Below, piece after piece: positions 10,889 to 20,619 of a DNA stretch of 64,000 bases. The DNA lies in the NCBI GenBank assembly GCA_000092065.1, contig CP000588.1; one strand, written 5' to 3'. This stretch comes from Ostreococcus lucimarinus. Taxonomy: Eukaryota. The notes beneath the pieces were generated by a model, which was given only the letters and a program-made list of their open reading frames with translations, was not told the DNA's origin and searched no databases. Numbering within the stretch: the first letter of the stretch is position 1; every line of letters starts with the position of its first letter. The translations under genes and the position numbers were made by a program.

Positions 10889-11719
10889 ATGCTCGATGAC
10901 GGCGAACGACGCGCGATGACGCTCAGCACGCTCGCCGGACTCGCGACGACGCTCGGCGCGGTGGTGGCGGTGTGGAAGAAACCGGACGCGCGCGCGATGG
11001 CGTTCTTGCTCGGCGTCGCGATCGGAGTGATGACGTCGCTGTCGTTCGTGGAACTGTACGCGAAGAATGTCATCGAGCACGGGTTCTGGAGCGTCACCGC
11101 GGCGACGCTGGGGGGGGCGGGGACGTACGCGTGCGCGGCGCCGCTGTTGCCGAATCCAGAGACGCACCACGAGGCGAACGCGGGGACACCACCGAACGAA
11201 CGAACGACGATGAACGCGACGTCGAAGAGCGACGATGAAAAGGATGCCATCGCCGCTGGAAGAGTGAGCAGGGCGCGGTTGTTGCGATTGGGGATTTTGA
11301 TGGCGTTCGCGATGACGCTGCACAACTTGCCAGAGGGGTTCGCGGTGGCGTGCGCGTCGTATACGACGATTGGACCGACGATGGCGTTCGCGATCGGAAT
11401 GCATAACGTCCCAGAGGGTATCATCATCGCTGCCCCGGTGTATGCAGCGACTGGAAGCCGAAGTCGAGCCATTCTTCTCGCCACCGCGAGCGGGTTGTCG
11501 GAACCAGTCGGGGCGCTCATCGCTTTGAAATTCATGAAACCGTACCTCACTCCAACGCGTTTGGAACATCTCCTCGCCGGCACTGGTGGGATTATGGTTG
11601 CTGTGTGTGCGCTTGAATTGTGGCCCGAGGCGAGAAAATGTGGAAATAGTGACAATATGTACCGTGGGGTCATCTTTGGCGCCGCTCTGATGATGCTCAC
11701 GTTGTATCTCGGCGCGTAA
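10889..11719 (+). CDS. ZIP-family (ZupT/GufA-like) metal transporter
   Basis: Multi-pass membrane protein with the paired signature motifs HNLPEGFAV and HNVPEGIIIAAP. The track start at 10742 is GTG; the first ATG is 10889. Confidence 0.85.
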   Translation: MLDDGERRAMTLSTLAGLATTLGAVVAVWKKPDARAMAFLLGVAIGVMTSLSFVELYAKNVIEHGFWSVTAATLGGAGTYACAAPLLPNPETHHEANAGTPPNERTTMNATSKSDDEKDAIAAGRVSRARLLRLGILMAFAMTLHNLPEGFAVACASYTTIGPTMAFAIGMHNVPEGIIIAAPVYAATGSRSRAILLATASGLSEPVGALIALKFMKPYLTPTRLEHLLAGTGGIMVAVCALELWPEARKCGNSDNMYRGVIFGAALMMLTLYLGA

Positions 11720-11768
11720 AAAATCTGTTGTAGCTTTAGATTGCTCCAAACTCTATGTTGCTAGCGTT

Positions 11769-14579
11769 CTATAACAATCCTCGCAAGCTGATAACGTTAC
11801 GAGTGCTTGGCGATAGCATCGACTCGCACCGCCCGTTTGTATTCCCAGTTTCTGGAATCCCGTGCGAAACAGCTCGCATCTTCTTTTCCGTGCTCGTATT
11901 CGCTCGATAGTTTTGCCATGACGTTCCATTACTGTCTAGTAGCGTGCCTCCCCACGCAGCGTCTTCCGTAGCCGTAGATAGAAGCTCAGCCACGCGTGTC
12001 TTCACTTGCGCTTTGCCGCTGCGGTGATCCAACTCTATCGGGCCTTTACTCTCGCGCTTCAGCGTGGCGATCCCCTGAAAAAAGAGAAACTTTTGCTCCG
12101 CATCAACGCTGCTGATGAGTGAGATACTATGCATCGAACCGGGGAACCCGACTCGCATATCGCGGAGATCTTCCTCAACGAGCACCCCAGCTTCGAAGAG
12201 TTGTCTGACAAACCGTTTCAGTACGACGCAGTGCTCCTTGAAGCGCTCGTATTCCAGAAGTCCCGCACGGTTAGTGATGAATGTGTTAAACTTCTGCTGA
12301 AGATCGAGTTGACCAGTTTTCTTTTGCAACTTTTGGAACCTCACTGGTCCGAGGTTTCTGAGCAGCCTTCGACGCTGGGCTTCGTTTCGAGCAGCGAGCA
12401 TGCGCACTCCCAAATCCTCGATGGCGAACATGATAACTCGTCGAAAGCTCAGTGGGCTACAGCCAATACTGTACTTGCCCATGCTTTTGATCATATTTAC
12501 GTACACGCTACAAAGCTGCGGATTCAATAGCATCTCTTCAAATCCAGAACAGAAAATGTGAGCCAGTACGTTTTCATGGTACACGCCGTACATGACCATC
12601 TGTTTCACCAGATTTTGAAAGATGTGTTCGTCCACCTTCAAGTTTGCAAAAGTTGAACCCATCATTACCACCTGGTTCTCATTCCACTTTGACAAAGACT
12701 CTTTCATGAGTTCATCAACGTTGGTGCGGTGTTTGTTCACCGGATGACCAAATGCTCCACTTCCACATACGTACAAATTCTCGCTCCCTCGAGCAACGAC
12801 AAACGTGGATGATTTGGATGCGTAAACCTGCTCAGCTTTAACTTCATACATCGGATGTCGCTCGATCTCTTCTATTTCCGACTTCTTCAAGGCGAGACGA
12901 TCGGTGACTGATAACGCTGGCTGTAACTTTTTCGGCGTAGTCGCCGTGGCGATTGACCCGTCGCCGAGTTGACCAAAGTCGTTTGATCCACAGACAAAAA
13001 CGTCGCCAAGCGTTGTCAACATGACGGTGTGATTATCACCAGCTCCGATTTGAACGATGAAAACGTTCACCATAGTAGACACCAGTGTCACCAAACTTCG
13101 ATCTACCGTGTCGCTCAATCCCAACTGTCCATCGGAACCGCGTCCGCAGACGTATACTCGACCCTTCTCTGTTAGCATTACTGTGTGCTCCTCTCCCCCG
13201 ACGACCTGCACGACCTTGTGACGAACCTTTTCCAACGCCACACAGCTTTCGCTTACGTCTTTGAGAGCCGTCATCTCGTTGATGAACCTCTGTTCAAGCT
13301 GGACCGAGTCGAGATGGATTTCTTCCACGTCGACTCGTTCCGGAACACCGCCGACGAACTCGTCGTGCCCCATGCGTCTGGGAATGAAAATATTCGAAAA
13401 GTCACCGCATCCGAGCTGACCACAACTATTTGAGCCAAATCCATAAACGTAACCCGAATCGGTCACTACGAGTGTGTGATTGCTACCGCAAGCCACTGAA
13501 GACACGTTCATAAGAGTGACAGATTCCACGAGCTTTGGCTTGGCGTAGTTAACCCCATCTCCGTGACCGAGTTGACCGCAATCTCCAACGCCGAAAGTGT
13601 AAACTTGCCCTGAGCCCGTTGTTATGACCGTGTGTGCTGAGCCCGCGGCACAAGACACCACCTTCGTCGTGGCGTTGGTCATCCAGTACATCCACTTTGG
13701 TGTGTTGTGAATCCGATTCAAACCGCTCTCACCGTGGCCAGTGCAACCGCCTACATCTTCCCCCCACGTCAAGCACTCCTGTCCTGATGTCACCGCTACC
13801 GAGTATCGGCCGCCTGCGGCGACATCTACAGCCTTCGCTCCGTCAATGACGTCGAGCGCCACCGGAACGTCCTGAGACGTCGTCGTTCGAAGACCGAGTT
13901 GCGATGACTCATCGGATCCCATAACAAGTATCCGTCCGTCGTGATCAGTATACGTAGGAGCGATATGTTCCAGCGCCTCTGGGTTGGATTCAAGAAGAAT
14001 AAGCGCATGATCGTCCCCACCAGATATTTTCTTCACCCGCGACCCCAATGGTAGACTGAACACAACTGGCTTGACGAACCGGTGCAAATGAGACGGCACT
14101 CCACGTAAGTTCTTCAATCGAGTCTCCATGTAAGCCACTCTCTCTTCGGACGTCGCATTGGCCTTACTCCCGCGATTACGAAATAAAATATTCATATATC
14201 CACCGACCGCAGGTTCACCGTCCGCGTCTACATCGTCGTCGGCTGCGTCGGTTGTTGTCAACGTTAAAGACGTCGCTGGTTCGTCCAAACGCGAGGCGCC
14301 TTTCTCCGCGAGCATCGCAACCGCAAGTTCTTCTTTCTCCACTTCGCGATCGGATCGTAATATTTCTACATCTTCTTCGTCATCGGACTCGCTCCATCTT
14401 AGCTCATCCACATCATCCGGGTTGCGGAACGCCCCCGTCTCGCGCTCGCGCCACTCGACGCGATGAATCGTCTCTACAAACTTTTGCTTTACTCGGTCCT
14501 CTTCGGTGTAACGAAGGACTGGAATACCCCAAGCGTTGATATTGACATCATCCCCATTGTTTGCGCCCGAGGGTTCCAT
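11769..14579 (-). CDS. RCC1-repeat (beta-propeller) protein with long C-terminal extension
   Basis: Repeated RCC1 blades, e.g. GQVYTFGVGDCGQLGHGD, GYVYGFGSNSCGQLGCGD, GRVYVCGRGSDGQLGL and GDVFVCGSNDFGQLGDG. ATG at 14579. About 330 aa at the C-terminus have no recognisable domain. Confidence 0.85.
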   Translation of the reverse strand: MEPSGANNGDDVNINAWGIPVLRYTEEDRVKQKFVETIHRVEWRERETGAFRNPDDVDELRWSESDDEEDVEILRSDREVEKEELAVAMLAEKGASRLDEPATSLTLTTTDAADDDVDADGEPAVGGYMNILFRNRGSKANATSEERVAYMETRLKNLRGVPSHLHRFVKPVVFSLPLGSRVKKISGGDDHALILLESNPEALEHIAPTYTDHDGRILVMGSDESSQLGLRTTTSQDVPVALDVIDGAKAVDVAAGGRYSVAVTSGQECLTWGEDVGGCTGHGESGLNRIHNTPKWMYWMTNATTKVVSCAAGSAHTVITTGSGQVYTFGVGDCGQLGHGDGVNYAKPKLVESVTLMNVSSVACGSNHTLVVTDSGYVYGFGSNSCGQLGCGDFSNIFIPRRMGHDEFVGGVPERVDVEEIHLDSVQLEQRFINEMTALKDVSESCVALEKVRHKVVQVVGGEEHTVMLTEKGRVYVCGRGSDGQLGLSDTVDRSLVTLVSTMVNVFIVQIGAGDNHTVMLTTLGDVFVCGSNDFGQLGDGSIATATTPKKLQPALSVTDRLALKKSEIEEIERHPMYEVKAEQVYASKSSTFVVARGSENLYVCGSGAFGHPVNKHRTNVDELMKESLSKWNENQVVMMGSTFANLKVDEHIFQNLVKQMVMYGVYHENVLAHIFCSGFEEMLLNPQLCSVYVNMIKSMGKYSIGCSPLSFRRVIMFAIEDLGVRMLAARNEAQRRRLLRNLGPVRFQKLQKKTGQLDLQQKFNTFITNRAGLLEYERFKEHCVVLKRFVRQLFEAGVLVEEDLRDMRVGFPGSMHSISLISSVDAEQKFLFFQGIATLKRESKGPIELDHRSGKAQVKTRVAELLSTATEDAAWGGTLLDSNGTSWQNYRANTSTEKKMRAVSHGIPETGNTNGRCESMLSPSTRNVISLRGLL

Positions 14580-14840
14580 CGCGTGACGCTCGCGTGCGGG
14601 GGCACGCGAGCGTTCGCGCCGGTTCGTTGGATGTCCCGCGGCTCTTCGAGTCGCGTACGAATCCCTCGCGCGCCGTCTACGACGGCGTCGTCAATCGTCG
14701 AACGCACGCGCGGTCGGCGATAACACTCCCTACGCGTCGTTTCCCGCCCCGCGGTGGGTGGACGGTGGACGGCCTTCGTGCGCACTGCCGCGTAATGCCG
14801 CGCCCGACGCGACGGCAAGTCCCCCTGTCCCTCGACGCCC

Positions 14841-15148
14841 TCGACGGGGTCGATCGACGGGGTCGATCGATACGATCGACCGAATGCTTCGACGCGATCG
14901 ACGCGATCGATCGATCGGATACGATCGACGTCGATCGACGTGATCGATCGATCGAATGTTTGACGCGATCGACGTCGATCGATGCGATCGATCGATCGGA
15001 TACGATCGACGTCGAACGACGTGATCGATCGATCGAATGCTTCGACGGGATCGACGTCGATCGACGCGATCGATGCGATCGAACGATCGAACGCGATCGA
15101 ACGATCGGATGCGATCGACGGGATCGACCGAACTCGATCGATCGACGG
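14841..15148. repeat. CGATCG/GATCGA-rich palindromic repeat array with a 72-81-bp higher-order period
   Basis: Dozens of GATCGA(C/T)G units. The marker CGAATG(C/T)TT recurs at 14881, 14953 and 15034. An outlier copy sits at about 15201-15225. The array lies in the 771-bp divergent spacer between the RCC1 and iPGAM genes. Confidence 0.9.
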
Positions 15149-15350
15149 CGCACCGTTCCCCTCGCGACGTTCGCGAAAGCGCGGCCGTCCAACCTCAGAG
15201 CGTCGATCGATCGACCTCGCGATCCGGACAAAGGAAATCGGGTGTTTGCCCTAGCCCTCCGAAAAGTACCGAACGCGCCGCCCTCTCTCACGCGCGGGGC
15301 GCGTGGCGTCGCACTTCATCGCGCGCGCTCGAAGACGACGGGGAACGATC

Positions 15351-16994
15351 ATGGAGCTTCATCCGCACCCGACAATCCCGCAAAAGAAGCCCGTCTTGGT
15401 GTGCATCCTCGACGGTTGGGGAGAGAATGAATACGAGGACGAGCACAACGCCGTGCATGTGGCCAAGACGCCGACGATGGACGCGCTCAAGGCGAAAGGT
15501 CAATCGTTCTATCGCACCGTCCAGGCGCACGGTACGGCCGTTGGCCTGCCCACCGATGCGGACATGGGGAACTCCGAAGTCGGGCACAACGCCCTGGGCG
15601 CGGGGAAGGTGATCGCGCAGGGAGCGTCCCTGGTTGACATTGCGCTTGAGACAAAGAACATGTTTAGCGACGCCGGGTGGGGGTACATCAAGCCCGCGTT
15701 CGCGAACAATACGCTTCACGTGATTGGATTATTGAGTGATGGCGGTGTGCACTCGCGCACGGATCAAATATTTGGCTTGATGCGAGGCGCGCTCGCGGAT
15801 GGGTGCAAAAAGTTGCGCCTGCACGTGCTCACCGACGGACGAGACGTTCCGGATGGTACATCGCACGAGTACATGGCAAAACTCGTCGCTGAACTCGACT
15901 CGTACACCGCGCAGGGATGTGATGCGAAGGTTGCTTCCGGTGGTGGACGCATGGCGGTGACCATGGATCGTTACGAAGCCGACTGGGGTATGGTTGAGCG
16001 GGGCTGGCGCGCGCACGTTTTGGGTGACGCCCCGCATAAGTTCAAGTGCCCGAAAGAAGCTTTGACGGAGCTTAAGAAGGATGGAGCCACCGACCAGTAC
16101 GTTGCACCGTTTGTCATCGTTGGCGATGATGGCGAAGCGGTCGGTACGATCCAAGACGACGATGCCGTCGTCATCTGCAACTTCCGCGCAGATCGCGTTG
16201 TCGAAATTTCCAAGGCTTTCGAGTATGCAGACTTTGACTCGTTCGATCGCGTGCGATTTCCCAAGACAAAGTTTGTGGGACTGATGCAGTACGATGGCGA
16301 CTTGAAGCTACCGGCGAACTATCTCGTTCCACCCCCGCTCATCGAGCGGACTTCTGGCGAATGGCTCGCGAAGAATGGATTGAAAACCTTCGCGTGCTCC
16401 GAAACTCAAAAGTTTGGTCATGTCACCTTCTTTTGGAACGGTAACCGCTCTGGGTACTTCAACGAAAATCTTGAAACATATGTCGAGATTCCGAGCGACA
16501 ATGTGCCTTTTAACCAAGCGCCGTTGATGAAGGCTCGCGAAATCACCGCAGCCGGGAAGGAGGCGTTGCTCTCTGGGAAGTACGACGTCGTTCGGATCAA
16601 CTACGCTAACCCTGATATGGTTGGTCACACCGGTGACATGGCGGCCACCGTTGCGGCTTGCGAAGAGTGCGATGCGTGCGTGAAGGAACTTCTCGACCTC
16701 GTGGAAGAGTTGGGTGGTATGTTCCTGGTCACCGCCGATCACGGCAACGCCGACGACATGGTGCAGCGCGACAAAAAGGGTGGCGCGTTGAAGGACGACA
16801 GCGGCGCACTCTTGGCTCTCACTTCGCACACTCTCGCTCCAGTTCCGGTCGCAATCGGTGGTCCGGCGTTGCCCACGGGTGTCAAGTTTCGCGACGATCT
16901 CCCAAAGGCTGGTCTCGCCAACGTCACGGCGACGTACATCAACCTCATGGGATACGAGGCGCCGGCTGAGATGGAGCCCAGTCTCATCGCGTGA
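15351..16994 (+). CDS. 2,3-bisphosphoglycerate-independent phosphoglycerate mutase (plant/bacterial iPGAM type)
   Basis: N-terminus KKPVLVCILDGWGEN. The signature NSEVGHNALGAG, the ADHGNAD metal site and full length (547 aa from ATG 15351) all fit. The track start at 15303 is GTG. Confidence 0.92.
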   Translation: MELHPHPTIPQKKPVLVCILDGWGENEYEDEHNAVHVAKTPTMDALKAKGQSFYRTVQAHGTAVGLPTDADMGNSEVGHNALGAGKVIAQGASLVDIALETKNMFSDAGWGYIKPAFANNTLHVIGLLSDGGVHSRTDQIFGLMRGALADGCKKLRLHVLTDGRDVPDGTSHEYMAKLVAELDSYTAQGCDAKVASGGGRMAVTMDRYEADWGMVERGWRAHVLGDAPHKFKCPKEALTELKKDGATDQYVAPFVIVGDDGEAVGTIQDDDAVVICNFRADRVVEISKAFEYADFDSFDRVRFPKTKFVGLMQYDGDLKLPANYLVPPPLIERTSGEWLAKNGLKTFACSETQKFGHVTFFWNGNRSGYFNENLETYVEIPSDNVPFNQAPLMKAREITAAGKEALLSGKYDVVRINYANPDMVGHTGDMAATVAACEECDACVKELLDLVEELGGMFLVTADHGNADDMVQRDKKGGALKDDSGALLALTSHTLAPVPVAIGGPALPTGVKFRDDLPKAGLANVTATYINLMGYEAPAEMEPSLIA

Positions 16995-17139
16995 TCGCGA
17001 CCCGCGGAGCTCTTTGCGACGCGTCTCCACGCGCACTCAAGGTGCTTAATCTCGAATCACCATTAATCAGTCCTCATGTCAACATCAGATTTTTTCTTTA
17101 GACGCACCGTCCCGGCGACGCGTCTGTCCGCACTCTGCG

Positions 17140-18713
17140 ATGCGCGTCGACGGCGCTTCCTCGGCGTCCCTCGCGCGTGCGTCCGTCCCTCGCGTCGCGC
17201 GTGCGAGCACCGCTCGTTCGACAAGGCACCGCGCTCGTTCACATCGCGCGCGCGTCGTCGCCATGTCCACCACCGTCAAGTCTTGGGACGAACTTCGCGC
17301 GTCCCACACCGCGTCGACGTCGAGCTGCGTGAAACGGCTGACGGAAGACGCGCAGGCGCGCGCGCGCGGCGGTGGACCGGCGCATCAGGACAACGCGCTG
17401 CGATTGTTCGGCGCGCGCGAGGAGGACGTGCGGGTGACGTTTTATCGCGACCACGCGGGGGTGCGTGCTGAAGCGACGCGCCGTCGCGTCGGCGCCCCAG
17501 CGCGCCGCCCGAGCGCGCGGTTTGGATTTGGCGATTCGCGGCGAACGGAGAACGAAAGACTGACGCACGAACGCTCTCACTCGCGCAGTGGTGCCCGTAC
17601 TGTCAAAAGCTTTGGATCATGCTCGAAGAAAAACAAATCCCGTACCGAGTGGAGAAGATCAACATGCGATCGTACGGCGATAAACCAAAGGCGTTTCTGG
17701 ACAAGATTCCGAGCGGGCTGTTGCCGGTGGTGGAGATCGACGGGAATATGATCACGGAGAGTTTGGTCATCATGCAAATCCTCGAACGCGAGTTCCCGGA
17801 GCGACCGACGCTTCCCGAGGATAAGTTTGAGGCGGCGAACGTGCTTTTGAAGCTCGAACGTCAGTTGTTTTCGGATTGGTGCGGCCTCGTGTTTCGGCCC
17901 TCGATGCCGGGACCGCTGGGAGCGAGAGCGGGATTCGAAAAGACGTTGGACAAGGTCGACGAAGCGCTCGGCTCTACGGAAGGACCATGGTTTCTCGGGG
18001 GAGAAAGTCCAAGCATTGTGGACTTTCAGTACGTCTCGCACGTCGAGCGCATGAACGCGAGCGTTCTGTATTGGAAGGGACTGCAAATGCGCGGCACAAA
18101 GCGTTGGGCCAACATAGAAAGGTGGCTCCTCGCGTTTGAGGCGAGACCGACGTATCAGGCGACAAAGAGCGACTACTACACGCACATCATGGATATCCCA
18201 CCTCAATATGGACCGGGATACGCCGATAAAAACGCCGCGGTGGACGAAGCTGTGGCGGTCATCGGCGGCGAAAAGAGTTGGCGATTACCGGTTTCTCTAT
18301 CTGCTGACGGCTTGGAGCCGCTTCCGGAATCTATGAACCGAGGTGAAGAGGACGCAAAGCATGAAGCAGCGTATAAACTGATTGCAAACTCTGCAAATAT
18401 CGTCAAGTTTGCTTGCAGAGGTATGGGCGAGCCAGGTCGCAAGCAGTTCGGTGCTCCGCTCGCGGATCCTTATGCGGTCCCGAATTTAAACTACGAAAGT
18501 CGCGTCGATGAATGCTTGCGAAAGGTGGCGCAGGCTCTGATCGAGGGTACCGCCGAGCCATCGGAACCAAGTTCGAATACAAGCTCGGAGGCGAAATCCG
18601 TTCGTAAATGTCTAGCATACCTGCGCGATCGCGTCGGGGTCCCGCGAGATATGAGCTATCCCGCGGCGATGCAACTCAGAGCGCACTTAAACTGGTGCGC
18701 CGACTCGCTTTAG
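17140..18713 (+). CDS. GST-family protein with glutaredoxin-like CPYC thioredoxin fold, 2 exons (17140-17460, 17589-18713)
   Basis: Splicing yields ...VTFYRDHAG|WCPYCQKLWIMLEEKQIPYRVEKINM...LLPVVEIDGNMITESLVIM. The alternative start ATG 17263 (MSTTVKSW) would remove a transit-peptide-like 41 aa. Confidence 0.8.
17461..17588 (+). other. spliceosomal intron (128 nt) of the GST-like gene
   Basis: GGG|GTGCGT donor. An ACTGAC box ends 24 nt before the GCAG acceptor. Splicing restores the WCPYC active-site motif, which has no start codon of its own. Confidence 0.85.
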
Positions 18714-18757
18714 ATCGCTTGCTTAGTATTGATACAGAGATTTTTCTATGCGCTAAT

Positions 18758-19330
18758 TCATCTACCATCTAATCGCTTCTCTCGCTCGATAGTTTCTCGC
18801 TCGAACTTCATCAATATATTCGTCGTTCGTCGCCCCGACGCGTCCCCGGGGGCCTGTTCCGAGTAATAGCAGCTCACCTTGGATGGAAATCCCGCGCTTC
18901 GCAAGATTCCCCCCACCATCCCCGCCGCGAATGCTCCGCAATTCAGATCGCCGTAATCTTTTGGCACGCTCACGAATCGATTCACGAGCAAGTCCCGATC
19001 GGACAGCAGGTACTCGTCGTCGTCGTACACCTCCAACGAATCCGCCGCGCGCCCGAACGCGTTTTTCCAAAACGAGCTCTGAATGAATTGCAATAGCGGT
19101 AACAACCGATTCTCCCGCTTCCCCGGCCCGCGCTCACGGAAACTCTGCGCCTCGTACATTCGCCGTCCCACGTCCGCGCCCGCGTCCTCGAGCGCGCGTT
19201 CGAGTTCGCTCGTATCCTTGGCGCGACTCTTGTGGTACTGGACGAGTTCGGAAAATAACAGCGCGTAGGCGCTCAGCGCGACGTCACGCTTGCCTCGAGT
19301 GAGGGTTTTGGGCGTCGTCGACGCATTCAT
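18758..19330 (-). CDS. TRAPPC5: TRAPP complex subunit 5 (Trs31-like)
   Basis: VALSAYALLFSELVQY, LLPLLQFIQSSFWKNAFG and LNCGAFAAGMVGGILRSAGFPSKV are collinear with TRAPPC5/Trs31. ATG at 19330. Confidence 0.8.
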   Translation of the reverse strand: MNASTTPKTLTRGKRDVALSAYALLFSELVQYHKSRAKDTSELERALEDAGADVGRRMYEAQSFRERGPGKRENRLLPLLQFIQSSFWKNAFGRAADSLEVYDDDEYLLSDRDLLVNRFVSVPKDYGDLNCGAFAAGMVGGILRSAGFPSKVSCYYSEQAPGDASGRRTTNILMKFERETIEREKRLDGR

Positions 19331-19537
19331 CGTCGTCGACGCGCCTCGGTCGACGACGCGCGCGTCGAAGTCACGACACCACGCGTCGACGAGGACGCGG
19401 ATTCGGATTTCAGCAAAAGTCTAGGGTACAGCGCGCGCGGGACACTCCGACGCGTCGCGGGTCTGTCCGATCGAGCTCGCGCGGCCGAGCGACGCGCGCG
19501 CAATCGCACAGACCCGTGCACGCGCGTCGCCCGCATC

Positions 19538-20548
19538 ATGGGGGGCATACGAGGCAAGAGCGCGCGTAAGCGCGCCAAGATGGCGCAAAACTCGAAAACT
19601 TTCGACCGCATCTCGGGACGGTTTTACGACGAGAAAGTGGCCATGCCTTCGGGAAAGGTGAGCGAAGATGTGATGCTGAGCGCGCCGAAGTCGTTCAAGC
19701 GATTTCTCGCCGCCAAAGCCGCGGCAGAGTCGCGATCGAAGCGACGAGACCGCGTCGAAGACGACGATAGCGAAGAAGAAGAACCGGCGGCGGCCAAAGA
19801 GAGAGGCGAAGAAAAGGTCGATGACGTCGGCGAGGAGTCGTCGGAGGACGACAGGGGAGAGGCCACGAATAGAAATATCAGCGGAGAAGGAGCACTGACC
19901 TCAGTAGCGCCACTGGTGCGAGCACAACCCGATAAAGGGAACGCCACGCTGAGGGCGATGGATGAAAAAGCGGCGACGGCGGCGCGGGAGGCTGAGGCCG
20001 AGGCAAAGAAGAAAAAGAAGAAACATCTTTCTCTAAGAGAGCGGAAAAAACGGGATCGAGTGGCGTTGCGGGCGCAGAAAGAAGAAGAGGCAGAGTTCTT
20101 GCGAGGGGGTGGAAACACGGTGCGGTTTGGCGAAGTCGCCGAGGCGCCACCGACAATTACGCTCAAGCGAAAAAGCGGAGGAAAGGGGGAAAAGGAGGTT
20201 CCGATCGCGCAGAGTGGGCATAAAATAGTCGAAATTGCCGAAAATCAAACCGGAGGGAAGTCTAATAGGCAGTCGAAAATATTTGCCGACCTCTTGAGCG
20301 CTGCAAAAGGATCTTCGGCGAAGAGTAAGAAAAAGTCTGAGACACAAGGGCTCAAACGTACGGCGGATTTAGCGGCGTTGCGGGCGCAAGTGATCTCAGA
20401 TTATCGTTCGATGAAGGGTCGCCCCATGAATAACGGGCGCAACGTCAAGCTCGCGAGTAACCCGACGAAACTTTTCCAGTCTGGCGCCGGGTCTCTGCAA
20501 GGCGTCGGGGGTATCAGCGCCGCGCAACTTCGCAAGGATCGTCGATGA
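19538..20548 (+). CDS. Lys/Glu-rich hypothetical protein (nucleolar-type composition)
   Basis: 336-codon ORF from ATG 19538, with charged low-complexity stretches (EAEAKKKKKKHLSLRERKKRDR). I recognise no specific family. Confidence 0.55.
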   Translation: MGGIRGKSARKRAKMAQNSKTFDRISGRFYDEKVAMPSGKVSEDVMLSAPKSFKRFLAAKAAAESRSKRRDRVEDDDSEEEEPAAAKERGEEKVDDVGEESSEDDRGEATNRNISGEGALTSVAPLVRAQPDKGNATLRAMDEKAATAAREAEAEAKKKKKKHLSLRERKKRDRVALRAQKEEEAEFLRGGGNTVRFGEVAEAPPTITLKRKSGGKGEKEVPIAQSGHKIVEIAENQTGGKSNRQSKIFADLLSAAKGSSAKSKKKSETQGLKRTADLAALRAQVISDYRSMKGRPMNNGRNVKLASNPTKLFQSGAGSLQGVGGISAAQLRKDRR

Positions 20549-20619
20549 GCCAGTTTAGTGGTATGTAGTAATAAGATTAGCATGACAAACCGTAAATTTA
20601 GTCGCAATTTAGTGAAGCT

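Noticed and set aside
10423-11749. 425-aa and 367-aa minus-strand ORFs overlapping the ZIP transporter gene
   Set aside because: They are antisense or off-frame to a clear ZIP CDS with paired HN(L/V)PEG motifs, and their composition is Arg/Ala/Ser junk.
14561-15430. 289-aa + strand and 204-aa - strand ORFs with IDRS/RSID repeats; also a possible CRISPR-like array
   Set aside because: The ORFs are simply translations of the palindromic GATCGA repeat. The repeat units are contiguous with no unique spacers, and the genome context is eukaryotic, so this is not a CRISPR array.
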